DNA of 51,469 bases from a bacterium (GTDB lineage: Bacteria; Chloroflexota; Limnocylindria; Limnocylindrales; Limnocylindraceae), in assembly GCA_037128565.1 (NCBI GenBank), contig JBAXWE010000002.1, positions 1 through 51,469 on the forward strand, given 5' to 3'. The notes below the pieces were generated by a model. It did no database searches. It was not told where the DNA came from and saw nothing but the letters and a program-made list of their open reading frames with translations. Position 1 is the stretch's first letter. The number at the start of each line of letters is the position of its first letter. Shown in pieces: positions 7,866 to 16,316 of the stretch. Made by a program: the position numbers and the translations under genes.

Positions 7866-8617
7866 CGGCTCTCCAGTGCCGGCAGGATGGCGCGAACAAT
7901 CTCGGCGGCGTTCTTTGAGGCGAGGGCGAGGTACTCCCAGAAACTCAGCGATGCTTCGCCGTCACCGGCATCACTCACGCTACGGATGACCAGCCAAGGG
8001 ATGCCGTAGGTTCGTGCCGCATAGGCGATGGCTGCACCCTCCATTTCGACGAGGTCTGCAGTGGTGCGAGTGGCGATCGCATCACGGATCTTTTGATCCG
8101 CGACAAACCAGTCGCCTGTAGCGATGCGGCCGCGGCGCAGGTTGATTCCGAGCCGCGCAGTTGTTGGCGCAGCCGCATCAAAGGCCGCCGTTACGAGCTC
8201 GGAATTGGCGATGAGTAGCGGGTCGCCCTTTGACGGAATAGTTGATCCGTACCCGAAGAGACGGAAGCCGTCGGCCTCGGCGGCGGCGAAGTCATGCTGT
8301 ACGACATCGTTCGCTAACAGAACATCGCCGACGCGATACCCCGCATGGAGTGCGCCTGCCGAGCCGACAGAGATGACACAGCGGGGCTGCAGCGCTAGCG
8401 CGGCTGTTACCGCAACGACCGAAGCGACCTTTCCCACGCCACAGCGCAGGAGTGCGACACGATGGCCGTCGATGTGACCAATGAGGAGCGACCCATCCGC
8501 AAGTCCTGGAAGTTGGTGCGGCACTAGGTCGGTAGCGAGTGCCTCGAGGGCGGCGCGCTCTTCATTGAGCGCGGCGGCGATGAGCGTAGGTTGAGGTGCC
8601 CTGGTGGGTTGCTGCAT
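7862..8617 (-). CDS. mtnN: 5'-methylthioadenosine/S-adenosylhomocysteine nucleosidase
   Basis: Motifs LVEMEGAAIAYAA and IRSVSDAGDGEA. I prefer the internal ATG at 8617 (MQQPTRAPQPTLIAAALNEE) over the ORF-track start at 8668. It aligns with the usual N-terminus and has a TATCCT box 6 nt upstream. Confidence 0.85.
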   Translation of the reverse strand: MQQPTRAPQPTLIAAALNEERAALEALATDLVPHQLPGLADGSLLIGHIDGHRVALLRCGVGKVASVVAVTAALALQPRCVISVGSAGALHAGYRVGDVLLANDVVQHDFAAAEADGFRLFGYGSTIPSKGDPLLIANSELVTAAFDAAAPTTARLGINLRRGRIATGDWFVADQKIRDAIATRTTADLVEMEGAAIAYAARTYGIPWLVIRSVSDAGDGEASLSFWEYLALASKNAAEIVRAILPALESR

Positions 8618-8622
8618 GAGGG

Positions 8623-8629
8623 TAGGATA
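8623..8629. promoter_or_regulatory. Overlapping divergent -10 boxes: TAGGAT (+, 8623-8628) and TATCCT (-, 8624-8629)
   Basis: Each box lies exactly 6 nt from its start codon (GTG at 8635 on plus, ATG at 8617 on minus). Neither gene has an SD. Confidence 0.45.
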
Positions 8630-8634
8630 GCGGT

Positions 8635-10242
8635 GTGCCACAGCCCGCTTCGACCCACGCCCCGTCACCGCGAACCCGCAGCATCTTTACGCTCGGGTTA
8701 GCCCTCGTGCTTGCCGCTGCGTGCGGCACATCTGCGGCGCCGTCGGGTGCAAGCGGGGACCCTAGCGCGAGCGCTGGCGCCTCTGTGGTGAGCGATTCGC
8801 GGAGCCCGCTCATTCCAGTCGCTGGCTATCGCAGCACCCTTACGGCGCTCACGAGCGCCGGGATTGCACGTCTCAGCGAGGTTGGTGGCAGTGAGCCGAT
8901 CACGAAACTCATCCTGATCGCCCCAGAGGCGACCGCTATCTTAGAGTCACTCGGTATCTCAGCAACATCGATCGCGACGCGTCTTGTGCTGGTAGCCGAT
9001 CGAACCGACTTGAAAGCGGCGCTCGCCACCGACGAGAAGGCGGCGGGATTTGTGCGGCTCGCCGCCCTCGAGCCGGCGTTGCGCACCCTGACCTGGGAGG
9101 GCGCCGCAATCGTTGGTGTCCATCACATCCGTTCACTCTCGGAGTGGACACTGCGGGCCGAACTCTCTGTAGACACAACGATACCTGCCGAGTGGATCAC
9201 TGGAGCGCGTGCCTATGATCCGGCCACTGCATGGACCTTGGCGGCGGGCGGCGACATCCTGCTTGATCGCGGAGTCGCGTACCACGCGAAGCGCGCCAAT
9301 CGCGGAGCGGACTCGCTCTTCGACGGTGGAATTGCCGATATTACGGGCACAAGCTGCTGCAGCCAGTTCGGCTCTCCGCAAGTGGTCGCGCACCTCGCCA
9401 GTGATGGAGGGATCAATGGGGCGATGCGCTCCCTCTTTCAAGATGCCGATCTCTCGATTGCGAATCTGGAATCGCCGACACCGAAAGGGTGGCGACAACA
9501 CAATTCGGGCACGACGTTTACGGGGAACCCGGCGTTGCTTCGAGTCATAAAGGATGCGGGATTTGATTTCCTCTCCCTCGCAAACAATCACATCGGCGAC
9601 GGCGGGATCACCCGCATCCCCGAAACCATTGCGGCCGTTGCTGCCGCTGGCATGGCGAGCGGCGGCGCAGGTGCAAATCTCGCGGAGGCGCAGCGCCCAT
9701 GGCTTACCAAGGTTGGCGGAATTACCGTTGGCATCGTTGCAGTCGATCAGATCAATCCCAGCTATCACGCGCGAGTCAACCGGGCTGGGAGTGCACCGAT
9801 TGGTGTGCTCGAGCTGCGCGCCTCGATCGCTGCAGCCCGGACTGCTGGCGCCGATTTCGTCATCGTCTTCCCGCATTGGGGGCTCGAGTTTCAGGCCCAG
9901 GCGACCGCTTCGCAGCGCAGGTTTGCGAAGCGAGCCATCGAGGCCGGTGCCGACATGATCCTTGGCTCACACTCGCACTGGGCGAGCGCAATGGAGATTA
10001 TCGATGGCAAGCCAGTGTTTTATTCAATGGGAAACTTTGTCTTTGACCAAAATTGGTCTGTGGAGACCTCCGAGGGCCTCGTGATTGAATCGACGTTTGC
10101 GGGATCAAGGCTGGTAAGCACCCGCATGTTGCCGACGGTAATCCTTAATCAAGCGCAACCAAATTTTGTCGATCTCGCCAGCGATGGCGTACCGATCATG
10201 AATCGGGTGTGGAAGGGCTCTAAGGGACTCCCTCGTTGGTAG
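8635..10242 (+). CDS. CapA-family metallophosphoesterase lipoprotein (PGA_cap domain) with an extra N-terminal domain
   Basis: Signal peptide with lipobox (LALVLAAACG). The C-terminal about 330 aa carry CapA-like motifs (AAGGDILLDRGV, NLESP, LANNHIGDGG, HWGLEF, GSHSHW). Confidence 0.8.
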   Translation: MPQPASTHAPSPRTRSIFTLGLALVLAAACGTSAAPSGASGDPSASAGASVVSDSRSPLIPVAGYRSTLTALTSAGIARLSEVGGSEPITKLILIAPEATAILESLGISATSIATRLVLVADRTDLKAALATDEKAAGFVRLAALEPALRTLTWEGAAIVGVHHIRSLSEWTLRAELSVDTTIPAEWITGARAYDPATAWTLAAGGDILLDRGVAYHAKRANRGADSLFDGGIADITGTSCCSQFGSPQVVAHLASDGGINGAMRSLFQDADLSIANLESPTPKGWRQHNSGTTFTGNPALLRVIKDAGFDFLSLANNHIGDGGITRIPETIAAVAAAGMASGGAGANLAEAQRPWLTKVGGITVGIVAVDQINPSYHARVNRAGSAPIGVLELRASIAAARTAGADFVIVFPHWGLEFQAQATASQRRFAKRAIEAGADMILGSHSHWASAMEIIDGKPVFYSMGNFVFDQNWSVETSEGLVIESTFAGSRLVSTRMLPTVILNQAQPNFVDLASDGVPIMNRVWKGSKGLPRW

Positions 10243-10258
10243 GGTGGGGGGTGAACGC

Positions 10259-10705
10259 CTAGGAGTCGAGTGACTCGTTCTTCTCCAGGTCCACGACGGC
10301 CGTTCGTATCCCTATTGGATCCCGCCCGGAGAGCAGTGCCTCAGCGATTGCAAGATCGGGATCCTCCTCTTCGCCCTCGTCTGCGGCATGGGCTGCAGTC
10401 TGCTCATGGGCGAGGAGTCGCGTTTCACCTTCGTCCGACGAGACGCCCACAGCGGCAACGAGACGTGCGTCTAGCGCTGCGGCAAAGTCGTGCTCACGCT
10501 CCAGCTCTGCAGCGATCGCCTCGACCAAGCTCTCTTCCGTGAAGGTTTCCATCACTCGGCTTCGAGCCGTCTCCACCATCGCTAGGAACTCACTTGGCGC
10601 AAAGGCCTCGTCATGGGCGAGGGTAATGCCGATGGCAAGCTCGTCGTCGGCCTCATGAAGTTCATAGAAGTACACGCCCCGCACACTACCACCCCATCCA
10701 GGCAT
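10259..10705 (-). CDS. Hypothetical acidic cytoplasmic protein
   Basis: The start is trimmed to MPGWGGSVRGVYFYELHE to remove a 50-nt overlap with the divergent gene. Strongly acidic (many D/E). I recognised no family. Confidence 0.5.
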   Translation of the reverse strand: MPGWGGSVRGVYFYELHEADDELAIGITLAHDEAFAPSEFLAMVETARSRVMETFTEESLVEAIAAELEREHDFAAALDARLVAAVGVSSDEGETRLLAHEQTAAHAADEGEEEDPDLAIAEALLSGRDPIGIRTAVVDLEKNESLDS

Positions 10706-10710
10706 CCTGC

Positions 10711-10739
10711 TTGACGCCGATCGGCGGGACACGGAAACT
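10711..10739 (+). promoter_or_regulatory. Candidate promoter: TTGACG-N17-GAAACT, with the -10 box 6 nt before the ATG at 10746
   Basis: A -35-like TTGACG (10711-10716), 17-nt spacer, GAAACT (10734-10739), then GGAGCC-ATG. GGAG so close to the ATG could instead be a short-spaced SD. Confidence 0.35.
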
Positions 10740-10745
10740 GGAGCC

Positions 10746-11150
10746 ATGAGGGTCATGATTCGTCGTCGCACTAGCACGGCTCGCGGTGCCATCATCCTGG
10801 CTGGTCAGGCCCTACTTATCCTTCTATTTCTCATCGCGTTTACGCGAAGCGCAATCGGTTTGATTGACGTCAACACTCGACTATCCAAGCTTCGCGATGA
10901 GACTGCAGCGCTGCAGGCGCGTGCCGACGCCTTGACGGCAGAGCGCGTGCTCCTCGACGACGCCGCCTTCCTCGAGTTGGTTGCGCGTGGCTACAGCCTC
11001 GGCTCCACTGTGGAGCGCCCATTCGTCTTGGCGGCTGATGCGGGGCCGCTCGCTGACGACGCCCCTGGGTCTAGCGCTCGTCGATTTAGTCCGGACGCGC
11101 CAACCAGTTCCCCGCTAAACGCCTGGCTCGATCTGCTTTTCGGGAGCTAA
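10746..11150 (+). CDS. Septum formation initiator family protein (FtsB/DivIC-like)
   Basis: N-terminal TM helix, a coiled-coil segment (RLSKLRDETAALQARADALTAER), then DDAAFLELVARGYSLG..ERPFVL, typical of the DivIC/FtsB family. Confidence 0.7.
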   Translation: MRVMIRRRTSTARGAIILAGQALLILLFLIAFTRSAIGLIDVNTRLSKLRDETAALQARADALTAERVLLDDAAFLELVARGYSLGSTVERPFVLAADAGPLADDAPGSSARRFSPDAPTSSPLNAWLDLLFGS

Positions 11151-11165
11151 AGCCGCCTCCGCCTC

Positions 11166-12698
11166 CTACCGCTTCGGCTCCCCAAAGATGGTCCAGTGCC
11201 AAGGCTTCTCCGCCTCGCCAGTGACCTCAATCGCCACGTGCTTGATCTGCGTGTACTCCTCAAATGAGTAGCGACTGAGGTCTTTCCCGAACCCAGACTG
11301 TTTGAATCCACCATGTGGCATTTCACTCAGGAACGGGAGATGATCATTGATCAGCACTGAACCAAAGTTGAGTGCGGCCGCCATGCGGTGCGCGCGAGCA
11401 ACATCGCTCGTCCAGCAACTTGAGGCGAGGCCATACGGCGTGTCGTTTGCGAGGGCGATCGCCTCCGCCTCGTCGTTGAACGGGAGTGCAATGAGCACCG
11501 GCCCGAAGACCTCCTGCTGCACGATCTCGCTTGATTGCTGGGCGCCGACGATGAGCGTCGGCGCAAAGAAGGCTCCGTCGGATGGGACGCCCGTCGGCTG
11601 CGCGCTGCCACCAACCACGATCCGCGCCCCTGCGGCAACGGCACGGTCAACGTAGCCAGCGACTCGGTCGCGGTGTGTGCGCGAGATCAGCGAGCCAAGA
11701 TCTGTCGCTGGGTCAAACGGGTCACCGATGCGCACCTGCGCGGTGAGCTCAGCAATGCGGGCAACGAGTCGGTCAAAGATCGCTGCCTGCGCGTAGAGGC
11801 GCGTGGCTGCCGTGCAGTCTTGGCCACCATTCACGTACGCCCCAGCGACCGCCCCTCGCGCGGCGGCCTCAAGGTCCGCGTCAGCAAAGACCACAAATGG
11901 CGCCTTGCCACCAAGCTCTAGATGGAGGCGCTTCAGCGTTGGCGCACCTGCGGCCATCAGTTCTCGACCAGTTGCGCTATCACCCGTGAGGGCGATGATG
12001 TCGATGCGCGGATCTGCGGCGAATTGCGCGCCGATCTCAGCACCTGGCCCGGTGATGACATTGACCGCGCCCGCAGGGAAGCCAACCTCGCGTGCGAGCT
12101 CTGCCAGTCGCAGTGCTGCGAGCGGTGTCGCGCTGGCCGGCTTCATGACGACGGTGTTCCCAGCAGCGAGTGCTGGCGCCGCCTGCCAGACCGCCATGGC
12201 CAGGGGATAGTTCCATGGCGCGATGAGTGCAGCAACGCCGATCGGCTCCCGCCGAATCATGGAGGTGTGGTTACCGGTGTACTCACCAGCGGCGATCCCT
12301 TCGGGGGCGCGCAGGATGCCGGCGAAGTAGCGCAGGTGATCAATGACCGCGGGAATGTCCCCATCGCGTCGCAGCTTGCGCGCGGTGCCGGTCTGCCACA
12401 CCTCAAGGTCAGCGAAGTGATCGGCCTCGCGTTCAACCGCGTCGGCAAGGGCGAGGAGGAGCCGCGCCCGCTCCGCGGGGAGCGTCGTGCGCCAGCCGCC
12501 CGTATCAAACGCCCTTCTCGCTGCAGCAATAGCGGCGTCAACGTCGGCGGCGTTCGCGTGCGGAATCTCACCGATGACCGCGCCGCTAGCGGGATGCCGC
12601 AGGGCGAAGGTGCGCCCGCCGGTTGCCCCGCGTGAGGCGCCGTCAATGAGCATCGTTGGGGCAAACGGTGGAGTCGCCTGTGGTGCACGGGTTGTCAT
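11166..12698 (-). CDS. NAD(P)-dependent aldehyde dehydrogenase (full length, catalytic residues present)
   Basis: Motifs LELGGKAPFVVF (general-base Glu) and GGQDCTAATR (catalytic Cys). The start is set at MTTRAPQ (12698); the 650-aa ORF-track version adds 140 aa of non-ALDH sequence. Confidence 0.9.
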   Translation of the reverse strand: MTTRAPQATPPFAPTMLIDGASRGATGGRTFALRHPASGAVIGEIPHANAADVDAAIAAARRAFDTGGWRTTLPAERARLLLALADAVEREADHFADLEVWQTGTARKLRRDGDIPAVIDHLRYFAGILRAPEGIAAGEYTGNHTSMIRREPIGVAALIAPWNYPLAMAVWQAAPALAAGNTVVMKPASATPLAALRLAELAREVGFPAGAVNVITGPGAEIGAQFAADPRIDIIALTGDSATGRELMAAGAPTLKRLHLELGGKAPFVVFADADLEAAARGAVAGAYVNGGQDCTAATRLYAQAAIFDRLVARIAELTAQVRIGDPFDPATDLGSLISRTHRDRVAGYVDRAVAAGARIVVGGSAQPTGVPSDGAFFAPTLIVGAQQSSEIVQQEVFGPVLIALPFNDEAEAIALANDTPYGLASSCWTSDVARAHRMAAALNFGSVLINDHLPFLSEMPHGGFKQSGFGKDLSRYSFEEYTQIKHVAIEVTGEAEKPWHWTIFGEPKR

Positions 12699-12704
12699 GC
12701 GCGA

Positions 12705-12710
12705 AGGGTA
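12705..12710 (-). promoter_or_regulatory. Candidate -10 box TACCCT (minus strand), 6 nt before the ATG at 12698
   Basis: The minus strand reads TACCCT-TCGCGC-ATG, with no SD. Confidence 0.35.
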
Positions 12711-12746
12711 GGCGATACGCCGCGCCGCTGGAAGTGGTGGGCGCGC

Positions 12747-12752
12747 TAGGAT
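12747..12752 (+). promoter_or_regulatory. Candidate -10 box TAGGAT, 6 nt before the ATG at 12759
   Basis: The sequence is TAGGAT-GCACCC-ATG with no SD, nearly identical to TAGGAT-GCAGCC-GTG at 834. Confidence 0.45.
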
Positions 12753-12758
12753 GCACCC

Positions 12759-14318
12759 ATGCCGAGCGATCAGACACCGAAGAGCGCCGCACCTCGACGC
12801 AGCGCCGCGCGCGCGACCAGCGTGGCGACCCCGGCCCCTGCAGCAACCGTCGCCCCAGCAAGCTCCGGCCTCGCAGGGAGCAGCCCATGGGCCTACGCCC
12901 CAGCCCCAGAGTCTCGCGAGATCGTCACGATTCGCCAGCGCTACGGCCTCTTCATCGACGGGAAGGAGCGCGCTCCATCTGGTGGCGAGGTCACCATCAC
13001 CTATAACCCGGCCACTGAGGAGCCCCTCGCTGAGATCGCGAAGGGAACCCCCGCCGACGCCGACCGCGCTATCGAGGCCGCCGACCGCGCCTATCGCAAG
13101 GTCTGGTCGAAGTTGCACCCACGCGAGCGGGCGAAGTACCTCTACCGCATCAGCCGCATCCTGCAGGAGCGCAGCCGCGAGTTTGCCGTCACCGAAACGA
13201 TGGACTCAGGGAAGCCGATTCGTGAGTCGCGTGACGTGGATGTACCGCTCGCCGCCGCGCACTTCTGGTACTACGCGGGCTGGGCTGACAAGCTTGAGTA
13301 CGCCGTTCCTGGCCGTCGACCCGAGGCGCACGGCGTCGTCGGGCAGGTGATCCCGTGGAACTTCCCACTCCTCATGCTGGCGTGGAAGATCGCACCGGCA
13401 CTTGCGGCTGGGAACACCGTCGTCCTGAAACCCGCCTCAACGACGCCGCTCACTGCGCTCCTCTTCGCCGATGTCTGCCGGCAGGCCGAACTCCCCGACG
13501 GGGTCGTCAACATCGTCACCGGCCCTGGCAGCACCGGCATGTCGATCGTCACCGACCCGCGCGTTGCGAAGGTCGCCTTCACCGGCAGCACCTCGGTCGG
13601 CGTCACGATCGCCAAGGGCATCGCCGGACAGGGGAAGGGCCTCACCCTTGAGCTCGGCGGCAAAGCGGCGAACATCGTCTTCGAAGATGCGGCGCTCGAC
13701 CAGGCGGTCGAAGGCGTCGTCAACGGCATCTTCTTCAACCAGGGCGAGGTCTGCTGCGCCGGCAGCCGCCTCCTCGTTCAGGAATCCATCGCCGAAGAGT
13801 TCCTCGCGCGACTGCGCGATCGCATGTCGATGTTGCGCATCGGCGATCCGATGGATAAGAACACCGATATCGGCGCCATCAACTCGAAGGCGCAGATGGA
13901 GAGCATCGGCGAACTGGTGGCGAGCGGCGTCGCCGAGGGCGCCCAGATCTGGCAGCCCGCCTGCGATCTGCCAACGCGTGGTTGGTTCTTCCGCCCGACC
14001 CTCTTTACGAATGTTGCGCAGAGCCACCGTATCGCTCGCGAAGAGATCTTCGGGCCGGTCCTCGCCACCATCACCTTCCGCACCGTCGCTGAGGCGATCG
14101 AGAAGGCGAACAACACCGCCTACGGCCTCTCCGCCGGCATTTGGACCGAGAAGGGGAGCCGCATTCTGCAGGTTGCGAGCGCCCTCAAGGCGGGTGTTGT
14201 CTGGGCGAATACCTTCAACCGCTTTGATCCAACGGCGCCGTTTGGTGGCTACAAAGAGTCTGGCTACGGACGTGAAGGCGGCATGCAGGGGCTGCATGCC
14301 TACCTGAGGAGCTCCTAG
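12759..14318 (+). CDS. NAD(P)-dependent aldehyde dehydrogenase (full length) with an Ala/Pro/Ser-rich N-terminal extension
   Basis: Motifs LELGGKAANIVF and NQGEVCCAGSR, VIPWNFPLLM, C-terminal GYKESGYGREGG. About 45 aa of low-complexity N-terminus. Confidence 0.9.
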   Translation: MPSDQTPKSAAPRRSAARATSVATPAPAATVAPASSGLAGSSPWAYAPAPESREIVTIRQRYGLFIDGKERAPSGGEVTITYNPATEEPLAEIAKGTPADADRAIEAADRAYRKVWSKLHPRERAKYLYRISRILQERSREFAVTETMDSGKPIRESRDVDVPLAAAHFWYYAGWADKLEYAVPGRRPEAHGVVGQVIPWNFPLLMLAWKIAPALAAGNTVVLKPASTTPLTALLFADVCRQAELPDGVVNIVTGPGSTGMSIVTDPRVAKVAFTGSTSVGVTIAKGIAGQGKGLTLELGGKAANIVFEDAALDQAVEGVVNGIFFNQGEVCCAGSRLLVQESIAEEFLARLRDRMSMLRIGDPMDKNTDIGAINSKAQMESIGELVASGVAEGAQIWQPACDLPTRGWFFRPTLFTNVAQSHRIAREEIFGPVLATITFRTVAEAIEKANNTAYGLSAGIWTEKGSRILQVASALKAGVVWANTFNRFDPTAPFGGYKESGYGREGGMQGLHAYLRSS

Positions 14319-14320
14319 TC

Positions 14321-15262
14321 ATGGGGAAGAAGTCGAAGCGCACCGAGAAGCTCAACCTCCCGCTGACGATTGAGTCGTCAGAGGGCTCAGAGCGACTTGA
14401 GGTGCGCCGCACCGCCAAGCTCTACATCGGTGGCGCATTCCCGCGCAGTGAATCGGGTCGCAGCCGCGAGGTGCAGCTCGCGAAGGGCGGCGTCGCCAAC
14501 ATTGCCGGCGGTTCGCGCAAGGATCTGCGAGAGGCGGTTCGTGTCGCACGCATCGCCGCCGAGCCATGGGCCGCACGCACTGCGATGGTTCGTGGCCAAA
14601 TTCTTTATCGCGTTGCCGAACTTATGGAGGGGCGCGCCGCACAATTCCGCGATGACCTGATCAACCACGGCGCATCAAAGTCCGACGCCGCAGCCGAGGT
14701 CTCCGCCGCCATCGATCGCATGGTCTGGTATGCGGGCTGGCCCGACAAGCTCTCTGCCGTACTTGGCGGCACCAATCCCGTCGCCTCATCGCACTTCGTC
14801 TTCACCCTGCCAGAGCCAACGGGCGTCATTGCCTCCATCGCACCAGAGGCATCACCACTGCTCGGACTCGTCTCACGCCTCGGCGGCATCCTTGCGGGCG
14901 GCAATGTGGCAATCGTCCTTGCGAGCGAATCGGCGCCACTCCCAGCGGTCACCCTAGCTGAAACCCTTGCCGTGAGTGATGTTCCAGCAGGCGTCGTGAA
15001 CATCATTACGGCGCGCCGAGCCGAGCTGTTGCCACATCTGGTGCGTCACGCCGACATTGATGGGTATGACCTATGGGGCTGCCCCGACGAACTCCTCGTC
15101 GAGGCGGAGCAGGGAGCTGCTGAGCACGTTGCCCGTGTCGCACGTCGCCCGCATGGGGTGAAGGATCGCGCCGACGCATTCGATGGCGAGCACGGCGAAC
15201 GCATCGACGGCATTACCGCCTTCCTCGAAATGAAGACCGTCTGGCACCCAATCGGCTCGTAG
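14321..15262 (+). CDS. ALDH-family paralog lacking the catalytic domain
   Basis: 313 aa. The N-terminal and NAD-binding half aligns by eye with the upstream ALDH (LYIGG, WYAGWPDKL vs YYAGWADKL, PTGVIASIAP, GNVAIVL, GVVNIIT). It then runs almost directly into the C-terminal tail (FLEMKTVWHP). There is no ELGGK or catalytic Cys motif. Confidence 0.75.
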   Translation: MGKKSKRTEKLNLPLTIESSEGSERLEVRRTAKLYIGGAFPRSESGRSREVQLAKGGVANIAGGSRKDLREAVRVARIAAEPWAARTAMVRGQILYRVAELMEGRAAQFRDDLINHGASKSDAAAEVSAAIDRMVWYAGWPDKLSAVLGGTNPVASSHFVFTLPEPTGVIASIAPEASPLLGLVSRLGGILAGGNVAIVLASESAPLPAVTLAETLAVSDVPAGVVNIITARRAELLPHLVRHADIDGYDLWGCPDELLVEAEQGAAEHVARVARRPHGVKDRADAFDGEHGERIDGITAFLEMKTVWHPIGS

Positions 15263-15302
15263 CCGACGTCTTTCGCGCCCGCTAGGCGCGCTGGTGCAAA
15301 CG

Positions 15303-16238
15303 CTAATCGAGTGTGAAGTCGTCCGGGTCCGCGTACGCGCCGGTTACCTCTTTTTCGAGCTGCATCAACAGGTCGTTGACCAGGCTTGACGCTCCGAAGC
15401 GGAAGCGGTCGGGAGTTAACCAGTCAGGGCCGAGGGTTTCGTGTACGACCACCAGATATTGGATCGCCTCTTTCGCCGTGCGGATGCCGCCGGCGGGCTT
15501 CATGCCAACCACCTTGCCGGTGCGGTTCCAGTGTTCGCGAATCGTTTCAAGCATCACCAGGGTCACGGGGAGCGTCGCCGCTGGTGTGACCTTGCCAGTG
15601 GAGGTCTTGATGAAGTCGCCACCGGCGGCAATTGCTAGCGCTGATGCGCGCCGCACATCGTCGTAGGTGCCTAGCTCGCCTGTCTCGAGGATCACCTTCA
15701 GGTGCGCAGGGCCGCAGGCCTCTTTCACGGCGACGATCTCGTCCCACACCTTGGCGTAATCGCCAGCAAGGAAGGCGCCGCGATCGATGACCATGTCAAT
15801 CTCGTCGGCACCAGCAGCAACCGCGTACTTCGTCTCGGCAATCTTCAGGTCGATCCACGAGCGGCCGCTCGGGAAGGCGGTGGCAACGGCGGCAACCTTG
15901 ACGCTGCTCCCCTTGAGTGCCTCTTTCGCCACACCCACCAGGTCGGGGTAACAGCAGAGCGCCGCGACCGACGGCATCGACGCGTCACCAGGGAGCGGGC
16001 GCATCGCCTTGGTGGCCAACTGGCGGATCTTCCCCGGCGTGTCCTTCCCCTCAAGGGTGGTGAGGTCACACATGCTCAGCGCCAGGCGGAGTGCCCACAC
16101 CTTGGAAGACTTCTTTATCGATCGCGTCTTCAGGGTAGCGACACGCTCCTCAATGCCAACACGGTCAACAGGAGTCGCGTCGCGGAGCCAGGCCCCGAGC
16201 GCTCGTGAATCTGTCGCAACCGGAAGTGATGAGGTCAT
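15303..16238 (-). CDS. deoC: Deoxyribose-phosphate aldolase, long (about 310 aa) type
   Basis: Motifs SMCDLTTLEG, FPSG, and FIKTSTGK (Schiff-base Lys). Start chosen at MTSSLPV (16238); the alternative is 16274. Confidence 0.9.
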   Translation of the reverse strand: MTSSLPVATDSRALGAWLRDATPVDRVGIEERVATLKTRSIKKSSKVWALRLALSMCDLTTLEGKDTPGKIRQLATKAMRPLPGDASMPSVAALCCYPDLVGVAKEALKGSSVKVAAVATAFPSGRSWIDLKIAETKYAVAAGADEIDMVIDRGAFLAGDYAKVWDEIVAVKEACGPAHLKVILETGELGTYDDVRRASALAIAAGGDFIKTSTGKVTPAATLPVTLVMLETIREHWNRTGKVVGMKPAGGIRTAKEAIQYLVVVHETLGPDWLTPDRFRFGASSLVNDLLMQLEKEVTGAYADPDDFTLD

Positions 16239-16245
16239 ACGGGGG

Positions 16246-16253
16246 AGTATCCT
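16246..16253. promoter_or_regulatory. Overlapping divergent -10 boxes: GATACT (-, 16246-16251) and TATCCT (+, 16248-16253)
   Basis: On the minus strand GATACT-CCCCCGT-ATG gives leaderless geometry for deoC. On the plus strand TATCCT lies about 64 nt upstream of the SD-preceded ATG of add. Confidence 0.4.
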
Positions 16254-16316
16254 CTCTCTCGCGGAGATGCGCACGCGGGTGTGCAGCCTGCGAAACGGCG
16301 TGAGGGGAGGGGAGCA

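Noticed and set aside
6975-10242. murI (D-glutamate supply) lying near a CapA-family gene, as a possible poly-gamma-glutamate capsule locus.
   Set aside because: The essential synthetase genes (pgsB/capB, pgsC/capC) are absent and mtnN intervenes. CapA-family metallophosphoesterases are common outside PGA loci, and murI is needed for peptidoglycan anyway.
11166-13118. The 650-aa version of the minus-strand ALDH from the ORF track.
   Set aside because: The first 140 aa are Gly/Arg/Cys-rich non-ALDH sequence and would run across the divergent ALDH gene start. An internal ATG (12698) gives a normal 510-aa ALDH and has a TACCCT box 6 nt upstream.
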